NCBI RefSeq assembly: GCF_018350175.1
Contig: NC_058383.1
Location: forward strand, 6,016,001-6,080,000
Origin: Felis catus
Lineage: Eukaryota
Length of the DNA stretch: 64,000 nucleotides
Reading direction: 5' to 3'
The position numbers and the translations under genes were made by a program. The notes beneath the pieces were generated by a model. It searched no databases. It was not told the origin of the DNA and saw only the letters and a list, made by a program, of their open reading frames with translations. How positions within the stretch are numbered: the first letter of the stretch is position 1; the number at the start of each line of letters is the position of its first letter. This document shows, piece by piece, positions 49,093 through 60,530 of this stretch.

Positions 49093-50649
49093 TTTCTGCA
49101 TTTCCTTGATTCTAAGATTCTGTTTCCTCCCATGTTTTAATGTTCCTGAAATCTGCATGTATCTCACGACCAATGATCATCTCTGATGCAGTATTTTGCC
49201 CCCTGACCCAAGCTGTTATTAAATCAGTGGTGGTTGTATCTTCTTATCTACAATGACTTGATGAGGAGAAGGTAGGTAGTTCAAGGCTCTGGTCAAAGGA
49301 ACCCACGGGACTTCCAGGCTGGTGACTCTTCTTGCTGGAGGCTAGCCCTGTCCCCTCTCCCTCTGCCACCTGCTAGCAAACATGGGGCACCCAGGTTGAG
49401 TCTCAGAGGGCTCCGGACCAGACCTCTCCTTTGGCGAGGCCAGCCTAGCTTTCTCACCACCACTGGAGGGCTGTGGTTCTGTGACCTACACCCCACAACT
49501 GCAGCTCTCCAGGCCCAGAGAGGAGAGGATCAGCCTCTCCTTTGTTCATATCCAACCTTTCTCACCCCCTGGGGCTCATTCCTGATCCTTTGAATGTCAG
49601 CTATAAATGTTACCTCTTCAGAGAGGACCACTCCGTCCCAGGCAGTGTCCCTTCCCTCGCCCCTTTTCATCCCACCCAGCATACACACACAGCGAATCCC
49701 TCTTGATCACGACAGTGGTAATCATTTTGTTACTTTTTTGCTTTATTTTGATCAGTCTTCCCCCCTAGACTCTCTAGCTCCATGATGGCAGTGCCCAAAA
49801 CCCACTCATTCACTCCAATTTCCACATTTCCAGTTGGCCACCCAAAGCACCTGGCAAGTGAGTGAAGGAACAAATGAACACGTGAATGCAGAATGAATGA
49901 ATGAGTGGGTGAATGACTTCAATCCACAAAACACCCCCAGGAGAGATTTTTACAGCCCAAGACACTGAGCTCAGCGAGTTACGTCCGATGCAGGGAACAC
50001 ACAGGCAATAAGTGAGGCTCCAAAGTCCTTTATTAGCAACAGACAAGTGTCATTAGATACAGTTTGCTGTCAAGTCAGAGCTGGCCCCTGGTGCACAGAG
50101 GGTCCCCATCAGGAGCAGCTCAGGCTGGGCACCCTGACACTCAGCCTTGCTCCTCAGGGTCCAACCTGGGGATCCTACAAAGGGAGGGGTAAGACCCCCA
50201 GCGTGAGAGTCTCCTCACAGACCTCCCCCTGCAGGGAGCTGGACTGACCCAGGACCCCCAGTGCTGTGCTCTGGGACATGCTGCTCCCAGCTGGTGACTG
50301 AGGACTCCAGGCCTCCCCAACAGCCTTGCGAAGACCCTACGATGCTCCACCCCACAGCCCCTCCCTCATTCTTTTCTTCCCTCAGTGTTCAACCTACATC
50401 GTGGGCTTAGGGGACCCTAGTTTTTCCCACAAGTGTTTCTCCTAATAAAATTTTAACACGGGTCTTAGCACCCAATCTCGGGGGTGCAGAGGGAGTCCTA
50501 TCTGCTTGTGAGGGGACCTGCAGGGATGAAGCTCCAAAACAGTCACTGTCCTGGGCAGTGGGGACAAAGAAGGGGGTCCCCAGCTGGAGCCCCATGAGGC
50601 TGCCAATGTGCTGGCAATTGGGTTGGGGGCACTGAAAGGGAGAAGCCTG

Positions 50650-51060
50650 AACTCGAGCAGTTTCGACTGCAGGCATTCCAACTCAAACCGGCAGAAGCGA
50701 AAAATGAAAGGCTCATGTATTAACCGAAAGTCCGGGGAGGTCTCCCTCCCGACCAGGGAGGGTGCAGGGTTCCGGCCTGCGGGGCGACTTCCCCCGCGCG
50801 CGGTCGTCCAAACGCCAACTTCCGGCTCAGCAGTCTACGGGAAAGCCCACATGGAACGCTGTTTCTGATTGGCTCAGCTTGGGTCACATGCCCAACGTTG
50901 ACCAATCACTTTGGCCAGGGAAATCAAGTGTTCTGATTGGCTAGGCCTGGACACTTGTCCGGGGCCTTGGCCCAGGGAGAAAAGCGCTGTTCCGCGTGGG
51001 AACGTGTGGAACGTTTACAGCTACCGTAAGAGGGGAGCTGAAGGGTGACCGCCAAGGGTA
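50650..51060 (-). mobile_element. Ancient MaLR LTR (MLT1J/K-like), unusually CpG-rich; candidate promoter
   Basis: CCAACTCAAAC...TCTGATTGGCTCAGCTTGGGTCACATGCCC...GACCAATCACT...TCTGATTGGCTAGGCCTGG. Confidence 0.7.
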
Positions 51061-51589
51061 GTGTGCGCCCCACCTCGGGAAGCTGGGCAGAGAGGAGCCC
51101 CGGGGCCCACGGGGGCATCCTTTACTCAAAGTCCGGGCTCACCCAGGAACAGGACCAGAGACATTCCCGTACATCCCAGAACTTTCCGGGGCCTCGTCGG
51201 TCTTATCTCCAAGGTCAGTGGGAAAAAACTGAAATTGACGAGGATTGGCGTGGGGCAGACTGCTGCGGAGACAGACTTGGTCTTGAGGAAACGGGACGGG
51301 TGTGTGAGGTCAGCTTTAAGAAGGAAAGGAAAGAGGCTGAGCCCAGGGTCTGGGCAGCAAGGGGAGGGAGGGGGTAGCCAGGAGTTTGAGCCAAGAACTC
51401 CCAGAGTGCATGCTTTGTGCACAAATGTCCACCGAGAAGATCCCGTGAAGCAAGTAAATAAATAAACAAGGAACAGAGGTCTGGCCAGCCAGGTTAATCT
51501 TGATAAATGGGTCTGTACCCTCAGTCCCTTTTCCCCTCGGAATCCACAACCACCTTTGATGCCTTTCACAGCTGGGCCCAGATATTTCC

Positions 51590-51790
51590 TGGTTTGGGAC
51601 AATAGGGCATTTGGATTTTTTTAATGGCAGAATCTGGAAGCTAATTAGGCCATTACTCTTCAAAGATTTAATTTGCTTTGATGGGCCCATCTATAATCAT
51701 ATTTCCAAACAGCTTCTATTTAATTACTGCACAAAATGAATGAGGTCCTTGAGCAATTTGTGTCTGATAAACTCACCTCCTGTTTTAGTT
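51590..51790. promoter_or_regulatory. Candidate conserved non-coding element or enhancer
   Basis: CTAATTAG 51641-51648, TTCAAAG 51659-51665, CTTTGAT 51676-51682 and further TAATT cores in unique AT-rich DNA. Confidence 0.45.
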
Positions 51791-52071
51791 CCAGAGACAA
51801 AGACAAGGGGGGGGAACAGATGGAGGGGGTGGGGGTAGGGGCTGACACCTCATGTGGCTATTGTCTCCCCACCTCGCGCTCGCGCCCGCCCCCGCCCCCG
51901 CCCCACCAGGAGAAGTGTTGTAGGGATCTTGTCTCAGAGCACTGATACCACAGCAGGAAGGATGCCGGTGGGAAAGGTGAGGCCCCACTTCCCTCTGGAA
52001 GGGGATCATCAGAGGTCCGGGGATAGAAGTCCCAAGAGGGCAGGGATTTTATCTAGCTTCTTTATATATAT

Positions 52072-52283
52072 AAAGTTCATTTATTTATTTTGAGAGAGAC
52101 AGTGTGTGTGTGCATGTGTGCATGAGGGGGCGGGGCAGAGAAAGAGGGAGAGAGAATCTCAAGCAGGCTCCGCACTGTCAGCACAGAGCCCAACTCCCTA
52201 CTCGGTCTCACAAACCGTGAGATCATAATCTGAGCTGAAGTCAGGAGTTGGACGCTCAACCAACTGAGCCACCCGGGCGCCCC
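52072..52283 (-). mobile_element. Can-SINE
   Basis: Reverse body ending CCCGGGCGCCCC. TCTRGCTTCTTTA on both sides. Confidence 0.93.
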
Positions 52284-53019
52284 ATCGTCTGGCTTCTTTA
52301 CTGCCATAGCCCAGTGCCTGAACAGGGCTGGACAGCAAGAGGTGCTCATAACTTAGCTCACTGCTAAGTGGGTGCATTGGGTGGACTTGACCGAAGTCTG
52401 TGTTCTTACTCCCTAAGGGGTGGGACAAAGGTGTTCACTGCCATGCTGGCCCTCTGCCATCTGATCACCTGATCAGCTGAGGAGTCTGTCATGTAGCCAC
52501 CAGGGCACCTGTTGTCAAACCACCCAGCCTTCATTCTCCCTTTTTCTGGGGATGGCACCCTCAGTTGGTTATGAGGGACCTCCTTTCTCCCTATCCTCTG
52601 TCTTGGTGGGTATTATAAGCCGAGTGGTCTCCCCCTCCCTAGATTGGTATGTTGAAGTCCTAACCCCCAGTACTTGAGCATGTGACCTTATTTGGGAATA
52701 GAGTCATTGCAGATGTCATCAGTTAGGGTGAGGTCATACTGGAGTAGCTGGGCCCTTAATCCAATAAGGCTGGTGTCCCTGTAAAAGGGGGAAAATCAGA
52801 CAGAGACACACAAACTCAGAGAGGCCACCACATAAAGACTAGAGTGATATTACCACAAGGCAGGAAACCACCAGAAGCTGGGAGGGAGGCCGGGAATGGG
52901 CCTCCCCCAGTGCTTGCAGAGGGAAGATGGTCCTGCCGATGCCTTGTATTTCAGCCTCCAGAACTATGATACAGTACATTTCTGGTGTGTAGGTCACTCA
53001 GTTTGTGGTATTCAAAACA

Positions 53020-53211
53020 TTTTTTTCTAAGTTTATTTAGAGAGAGAGAGAGTGAGTGGACAGGAGAGGGGCAGAGAGAGAGAATCTCAAGCAGGTCCCA
53101 CGCTGTCAGCACAGAGCTCGATGCAGGGCTTGGACTCACAGACCACGAGATCATGACCTGAGCTGAGACCGGGAGTCTGATGCTTAACCAACTGAGCCAC
53201 CCAGGCTCCCC
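53020..53211 (-). mobile_element. Can-SINE
   Basis: TSD TGTGGTATT at 53004-53012 and 53212-53220. Confidence 0.93.
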
Positions 53212-53220
53212 TGTGGTATT

Positions 53221-53319
53221 TTTTTTTTAAGTAAGCTCTACATCCAATATGAGACTCACGCTCTCAACCCTGAGATCAAGAGGCACATGTTCTACTGACT
53301 GAGCCAGCCAGGTGCCCCC
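53221..53319 (-). mobile_element. Short carnivore SINE (tRNA-like head plus A-tail, no CT tract)
   Basis: TTTTAAGTAAGCTCTAC...CCCTGAGATCAAGAG...CTACTGACTGAGCCAGCCAGGTGCCCC. Confidence 0.85.
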
Positions 53320-53933
53320 AGTTTGTCATATTTTTAATGGCAGCCATCATGGACTAATGCTGTGGGAGCATCAGTCACAACACCCCTACTTGCTCTGGCC
53401 CTGATGCTGATGTGATGCCACGTCCCTGAAATTCGAATCCCATAGTTATGGTGAGGCCTGCCATACTCCACCCACCGGCTGATTTTCCTGGGGGAACCCC
53501 CCTCCGGCTTCCCTTTCAACTCTCAGCTGCCTCGAGCCCCCTAATAGTGAGTGAGGCTTACGGTATTCGGAATGTTTTTCTGTTGCTGGCAATCAGATGT
53601 TCCTGACTGATGCCAGAGCTACAGAGCTGCAAGGCAGATCCCCAGGCAGGGAGGGAACATCAGGGTTGCTCAGCATGGAATCACCTGCTCCTTCCTGCCC
53701 CAACCACACACATCGTTCAGCTAATCTGTATCATGTGTTTGGTTCAGGAATGCTGCCGTGAATAAGGCAGCAGGAAGAGAGATGATTAAATAAGCAATTA
53801 CAGTACATCTGGGTGGGTGTTCTGACAGGGCTCTGTGGGTGCACAGATGAGGGGCACGTAACTCGGGGTGGGTAGGGTGGCTGGTTGCTAATGAGGAGGG
53901 AGCAGTGCTGCCAGGGGAAGGAGAGAATGGAGC

Positions 53934-54045
53934 TAGGGTGACCAGCTGTCCTGGTTGGCTGGGACTGTCCCAGTTTAGCATTGAAAGCCCTGAGACCTGG
54001 GAAGCCCCATGATATCAGGAAACCTGGAGTATTGGTTCCCCCCAA
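53934..54045. mobile_element. MER94-like hAT-Blackjack MITE
   Basis: TAGGGTGACCAGCTGTCCTGGTTGGCTGGGACTGTCCCAGTTTAGCATTGAAAG...TTGGTTCCCC. Confidence 0.7.
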
Positions 54046-54469
54046 GATGGGGCACCCAGGGGATTGTGAGTGGCTGGAGCAGAGAATGTAGGACAAAGGA
54101 CAGAAATTGAGAAGGGACAGGATCGTCAGGAGGCTTGCTGTCCACGGAGGAAGGTACAGATCTTAGCAAAAAGAAAGGGATAATCTAGGGACGCCTTATG
54201 CCAGAGCAGGACGTGCCAGGATCTGTGACTTTTCCAAGGGACTCCTCTGGCTGCTGTGTGAAGAATGGAGTGTGGGGGTTTATGGGGGCAGACAGACCAC
54301 CCTCGCACAGGTGCGCTGCGGGCAGGGCCCCGGGTGGCCATGGAGGTGATTCAGGCAGTGATACTAAGCCTTTTTGGGGAGAGTGGTGGCAACAGACCCA
54401 CTGTGAGACCCTGATGAGAGTCCTGGATGCTCTTCCCCACGGGATGCACGTGGCTGTATGCACTCACGT

Positions 54470-54470
<1 letters not shown>

Positions 54471-54545
<75 letters not shown>
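54471..54545. repeat. Compound (CT)n(CA)n microsatellite
   Basis: Seen directly. Confidence 0.97.
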
Positions 54546-54546
<1 letters not shown>

Positions 54547-56225
54547 ATTGCAAATGGTTTTGGGGATTTTACAGACGCCTAAGACCCACCATGGAGCCAA
54601 GATTCTGAACCCTCCATTAGAGCTCTGGGTGGTCACATACTGTGTTGGCATTTGCCATTTCTTTGACAATCCTGTGTCACATCTCTCCTTCCAGTACCTG
54701 CCTCCCATCCTGAGGGCCAAAGACACTGGACAACCCCCCCCCCCCAACTCTCCTCCCCCGCTCAGCAGGAGCAGAGGGAGACCACTCGGCTCATCCATCT
54801 GGCTCCTGGGTCTCATCAGCCCCAGGCTGTGGGACAGTGCCTTATCTCGGGCTTCTGTCGTGACGGGCCCTCTCCCAGGCTGTCACGGTGGTCTCTGCTT
54901 CCTTGGGTCTGCTGGTATAACAAGTAGGTGGTGGGCCCAGGGTTCGAACTTGGGTAGGTCTGACTCCCAGCACATTGCACTTCTGAATATCTCAGTGCCT
55001 GCAACGTATGTGTGTGCACTGTGTGTAAGATCGAGAGAGGGGAGGGGCATGCCCAGCACTCTCCTTTTTATTTGAAGATGATGTTACAGATGAAGGAACG
55101 GCCTGCACATGACTGAAATACAAATGGGTAAAGCAATTTTTTTCCACTCCAAACTCCACGGACGAAATCGTGCCTGATGCATTATGACGGATTCTTGGGG
55201 GCAACGCAGCAGAAGTGCTCTGTCTTCTCCAAGAGGAAGTCCCAGTCTTTGACTTTACCATCCAGCGTCCCGGCCCCCAGGAAAGAAAGCGCATACCAGG
55301 CATACACGTGATGATGTGGTCTCCAGGAAGCAGGAACCACTAGGAAAACAAATAATAAATAACATGATTCAAGAAGGAAGAGAATTTCCCTGCCTTCTCT
55401 TTAACCCATGGGGACAGTGATACTGATGGGGTTTTAAGGTCTCCGGGAAGGAGACACGATGTTTGGAGCTCCTGGGGAGGTAGGTATTGATGGGATGTTG
55501 GTATAGGCTACAGGCGCCCGTTGCTTGTCACTGGGGGGGGGGGGGGGTCTGAAAATGAATGTGAACTATAAATTCCGCCCGTAGAAACTTCCTAAGGTAG
55601 GACTTTAAAGCACTTGGAATTTTCACAGCCAGCAGCCAGAGGTCTGGCCTTGGTCGACAAAGGGCTCAGTGTGGAGCAGACGGGCCCTGTCTGTGCTGTA
55701 ACATCGCCACCATCTCTGGTTCAGACCCACACACCGAGATGAGACACGGCTGTCCTGGCCCCGTCCCTTAGCCTTTAAGCCACGCCACTGGCCACCATCA
55801 AGTGCCCGAGACTTTCCAGGGACCCTCTGGCTCGCGCTTCGCTGACCTAAGCAATGCTGTTGGCTCAGACCCCGGCCCGGCTGCCCCGCTCTCGTTCTTG
55901 CCGCCTACAGTTCATGAATCGGGAAACAAAGGCATCGATCCAGCCCGCGTGGTCACCGAGGACACAGTGTTTCGGGGCGTAGTTGGAGGAGAAACTGAAC
56001 CTCAGCCACAGGTCACGGTGGAGGGAGACCCCAGCCAAGGCGGGCACCGCCTGTCCAGCCTGGAACGATCCCAGGAAAGGAACCGACTCTGCTGGAGCCA
56101 CTGGCCCGGGGGGCTCTGCCAGGCTGTCCCGGGCAGGGGTCTGACCTCACCAGACCTCTTACTCCCTGCTGTTCACGTCACCCACCTCCCCGGGCAGTTG
56201 CGGGGGGTTAAAAGATAGATTCTTT

Positions 56226-56367
56226 GGGGGCGTCTGGGGCTGCTGACAGCTTGAAGCCTGGAGCCTGCTTCAGATTCTGTGTCTCCCTCTCTCTGTGCCC
56301 CTCTTCCACTTATGCTCTGTCTCCGTCTCTCAAAAATGAATAAACGTTAAAAAAATTAAAAAAAAAA
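56226..56367 (+). mobile_element. Can-SINE with a large internal deletion of the tRNA-like region
   Basis: Head GGGGCGTCTGGGG joined directly to CTGCTGACAGC. TSD AAAAGATASATTCTTT at 56210-56225 and 56368-56383. Confidence 0.9.
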
Positions 56368-56377
56368 AAAAGATACA

Positions 56378-56985
56378 TTCTTTAACTCAGGTCACCATAA
56401 CAGAATACCACAGACTTGAGAGGCTTGAACAACAGAGATCTATTCTGTCACAGCCTGGAGGCCGGAAGTCCAAGATCAAGGTGTGAAGAGGATTGGTTCC
56501 TGCTGAGGCCTCTCTCAGTGGCTTATAGACAAACGTCTTCTCCCTTTGTCCTCATATGGTCTCTGTGTGTCTGTGTCCTGATCTCGTCTTACAAGGACAC
56601 CAACCAGAATGGGTTAGAGCCCACCTTAATGACTCTATTTTAACTTAATCACCTCTTTAGAGACCCTGTCTTTGGGGCACCTGGGTGGCTCAGTAGACTC
56701 AGCTTCTGACTTCCGCTCGGGTCATGATCTCACGGTTTGTGGGTTTGAGCCCCACATCAGGCTTTATGCTGACGGTACGGAGCCTGCTTGGGATTTTCTC
56801 TCTCCCCCCCTCTCTCTCTGCCCCTCTGCCACTTGTGTGCACATCCTCTCTCTCTCTCTCAAAATAAATTTTTAAAAATAAATAAATAAAGACCCTGTCT
56901 CCAAATACAGTCACATTCTGAGGTCCTGGGGGGTTAGGGCCTTGACATACAAATTGGCGGGGGGTGCATAATGCAGTCCATATCA
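56378..56985 (-). mobile_element. MaLR LTR (MLT1A-like) containing a SINE
   Basis: CCATAACAGAATACCACAGAC...GGAAGTCCAAGATCAAGGTG...CTCCAAATACAGTCACATTCTGAGGT. Confidence 0.9.
56674..56889 (+). mobile_element. Can-SINE
   Basis: TSD AGACCCTGTCT at 56661-56671 and 56890-56900. Confidence 0.93.
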
Positions 56986-58487
56986 AATGAAATGCTGCAT
57001 AGGGACTGCTGGACACGTTGAAGGTGTTTGGTAAGCAGGAGGAGGCGTGATTCCCATCTCTAGGGCAGCTGAGAAGGCAGACGGAGACAGAGTATAGGAA
57101 ACACTGCAGAGTTCTGGCATCTTTCCTCAGTCTGCCCTTCTGTCCACCAGGAAGCCATCCTGGGCTTCGTAGTTAATTCTTCCAGAGAGGAGGTAGTTCA
57201 GTGTGTGGCCTTGTGCAAACGTGGATCTCCCTAGAGCTTCTGATGATGGACTCATGGGGCCTTGCGGCAGGAATCCCAGGCCTGCTCCCCTACGGCCAGT
57301 GCCGATCGTGGGATGTCAGCGGAACCTCCAGCCCGTGACGGGGTCATGGTGTCACGGTGTCACGACCTGCCTCTGTGCTCCTTCCCGTGTTTGAGTCCAC
57401 TGGTCATGGGGCAGGGAGGCAACCCAATTTCTTCTGCCCCTCTGACTTTCTTTTTCCTGACCTGAACCTGTTGGCAAGATTTCCTCCCCGCATGCCCCCA
57501 GAGCACCTCAGGATTGTTTAGCCAGGAGTGACCTGGCCCCAAAAGCAGCGGGCAGGCTCTCTGGGCTCCGTTCAGGGCCCAGCAGCCCGAGAGAAGGGTC
57601 AGAAGAGGGAGGTTTCCTTACAAAGCAAGAAGATTTCATAGCATCTCCTGGCCGTCTCTCTGGTGGCCTCCCCTTCTCCCCACAGATTTAAAAATCTGGC
57701 CAAGCCCAAGACAGGCTTTTCTAAGCTGGTTGTGTCAAGAGGGGGGTCCTCTTGGTCTGCACTGGCCCATCTTCCCACCACACATGGATGTCCTTTCTTC
57801 CCTGAAACTTTGACACATCATATCCATTGGAAGATAGTTTCCAAAACCGTCAGCAAATTGGTGATAATCTTCTGCACCAAAAATACAACTAAGGCCCTCC
57901 TTTTGTTTTTTTGCATTTAAAAGTTGGGTTGCAGTAGATTTCCCCCCTGGAGGCCTGTGTGTATGGAAACAATTGTTTCGAGTCCAGACGGTTTGACTTG
58001 ATGCATTTTACAGGGGCGCTGTAACCCGTGTCTGTTCATTATGCAGAGCTGAGTTCTTGCCCCGACTAAGCCACACTTTGAATAACGGAATTTCTGCTTT
58101 TTCCTGGCCTGCCTGGTGGATCTCAAAAGCTATAAGCGGCATCTGGGGTGAAGCTTCAGGACCCGGATTGCACAGAATGGAGCAAAGGCCACCCTCCTCC
58201 AAATCTCTCCTTCCCCGAATCATGAGATTTCTCCCGAGGAGCATTCGTGTCAGGTTGCCTACCCATCAAAACTCCTTTCTTCTTTCCCTTGGAAATCTGA
58301 TGAGATCAAAGTGTCAGCTTTCACCAGCAACAGCCTGAAGGAAGTGAGAAGGCAGATGGGCCTCGCCCACCTCCGCGGCCCGAGCCATGCTGCCAACGCC
58401 TTTTGAAGGAAATGCTAGACTTTTCCCCCATGCACCTGGCTCCCCTGCAGATTCATAAATGGCAGTGCCTACAAGAAGTGGATGGGC

Positions 58488-58865
58488 TCCTCAAAGAATT
58501 CAAAATAGAGCTACCATATGATGCAGTAATTCCACTTCTGGGTATTTACCCAAAACACTTGAAAGCAGGGTCTCAAAGAGAAATTTTTTACACCCGTATG
58601 CATAGCAACATCATTCACAAGAGCCAAAAGGTGGGAGCCACCCACACGCCCATCAACAGATGAGCGGATAAACAGAATGTGGTCCATCCGCGCAATGGAA
58701 TAGTATTCAGCCTTAAAAAGGAAGGAGGTGCGGTCACGTGCCACAACATGGGTGAACCTTGAGGACGTTGTGCTGTGAAATAAGCCAGTTACAGAAAGGC
58801 AGATTCTGCATGATTCCACTTACATGAGGTCCCTGGAGGAGTCAAATGTAGACGGAAAGTAGACA
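58488..58865 (+). mobile_element. L1 (L1MB-like) 3' fragment
   Basis: ATAGAGCTACCATATGATGCAGTAATTCCACTTCTGGGTATTTACCCAAAA...GAACCTTGAGGAC...TGATTCCACTTACATGAGGT. Confidence 0.9.
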
Positions 58866-59329
58866 GAAGCCAGCAGTTTATGCTCTGGCTCCCACTGTCA
58901 TTGGCCACAGGGCTGTTCTCTTGGTGCTCAGCACATGCGGATCTGTCCCACCCAAGTGTGAACCAAGAGCAAGCCCACGCAGAGCTGGAGGTACTCAGGC
59001 CCAGCTGCCTCCCATGTGACATGCACTGTGTGGCATGAGGTTTCGAGGGGTCCCCACTGCTCTGGCTCCCACCTCAGTTATGTGTGCAGTGAAGGTTCTG
59101 ATGTTGCGTGTGTGGGACGGCAGGATGGGTGGGGGAAACTGTGAAGGTGGCAGTCCCCCAGCCGTGGCTAAGTGGGAAAGGGAGATCGGTAGGAGTAAGG
59201 AGAGCGTGGGCCTGGAAACCAACAAGCCTGGGTTCACATCCAGCATCCACATCCACGGGATGCATCAGGACATGGCTTCGAGCCTTATCTAAAAATAAAA
59301 AATCCTACCAGATGGGGAGTATGGTGGGA

Positions 59330-59848
59330 AGCCCTGTGAGATTTCACAGGGGTCTGGGGAGTGTGGGCTACCCTGGTGACTCACTTCTAAAAACAAATAG
59401 AACATGGCAAAAGTTATGAACTGTCACTTCCAAGATTAGGATGCAAAAGGACTGTGACTTCAACCTTGCTTGTCAACTTTTGTCTCTCCCCTCGCTCCAA
59501 GGGAATTGAGCCGCCATCTTGTAAACTAACTTCTGGAGGGACCGCATGGCAAGGAACAGGGGGCAGCTCCTGGTCAACAGCCAGGAAGGAACTGAGGCCC
59601 TCAGAGAACTGAATCCTGCCAACAGCCAAGTGACTGGGTGTGGAAGTGGACCCACCCCAGTTGAGCCTTTAGATGGGACCATAGCCCCAGCCAACACCTT
59701 GATCACAGTGAGAGGTTATCAGCTGAACTCTCCCAGCTAGCTGTGCTCAGATTCCTGGCCCACAGGAAAACGTGAAATAAAAAATGTGTGTTGTTTTAAA
59801 CCACTGCTCTTGGGGTAATTTGTTACAAAGCAGTAGACAGCTAATAGA
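59330..59848 (+). mobile_element. MaLR LTR (MLT1E-like)
   Basis: GGTGACTCACTTCTAA...GGAACTGAGGCCCTCAG...GGGGTAATTTGTTACAAAGCAGTAGACAGCTAATA. Confidence 0.88.
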
Positions 59849-60302
59849 GGGGGTGCAGGGTTTGGTATGCAGTATTCTCACAGATACTGGTTCCTTTCTT
59901 TTTCTCTCTTCTTACCACAAATCTCTCTTTCGTAGCTCTGCCAGCCTGCCGTGCTCATGCACCCAGAGGGAGATCTGCACCAACCCCTCAGAACAATAGC
60001 TTGCTGAGTGACCCTGAGTCATCTGGAGCAGGTCACATTGTGCCAGCCTGTGTAAGACTGCGTGAGTAATGCCATTGTGAAAGTTTTCCCTGAAAAAGAA
60101 GTGAAATAGTACTAAAAATAATAATCATGAAAAGTCAAGCCACTTAGTCAAAAAGAAAGAACTAGAATGCACCTCAGAGAACTTGAGTCTACCTCCTCAC
60201 CTGGCAAGTAGAGAAACTGAGGCCTGGAGAGTAGGAAGGTTGTTTGAAGAGCAGAACCGGATAGTTAATCATGGAAAAGCAATGCTTAACTGGGGGTTTC
60301 TT

Positions 60303-60530
60303 TTTTTTTTTTTTTTTAATTTTTTTTTTAACGTTTATTTATTTTTGGGACAGAGAGAGACAGAGCATGAACGGGGGAGGGGCAGAGAGAGAGGGAGACA
60401 GAATCGGAAGCAGGCTCCAGGCTCTGAGCCACCAGCCCAGAGCCCGACGCGGGGCTCGAACTCACGGACCGCGAGATCGTGACCCGACCTGAAGTCGGAC
60501 ACTTAACCAACTGAGCCACCCAGGCGCCCC
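60303..60530 (-). mobile_element. Can-SINE, young subfamily
   Basis: TSD TAACTGGGKGTTTCTT at 60287-60302 and 60531-60546. Nearly identical to the 41201-41419 copy. Confidence 0.97.

Larger units (their letters stand above)
52610..53360 (+). mobile_element. MaLR LTR (MLT1B-like) containing two SINEs, apparently nested in an older MLT1 (about 52510-53612)
   Basis: TATGTTGAAGTCCTAACCCCCAGTAC...GTGACCTTATTTGGGAATAG...ATGGCAGCC...ACTAATGC. Confidence 0.85.

Noticed and set aside
54458..55075. 205-aa plus-strand ORF
   Set aside because: It begins in a (CT)n(CA)n microsatellite (SLSL/THTH) and has no protein-like features.
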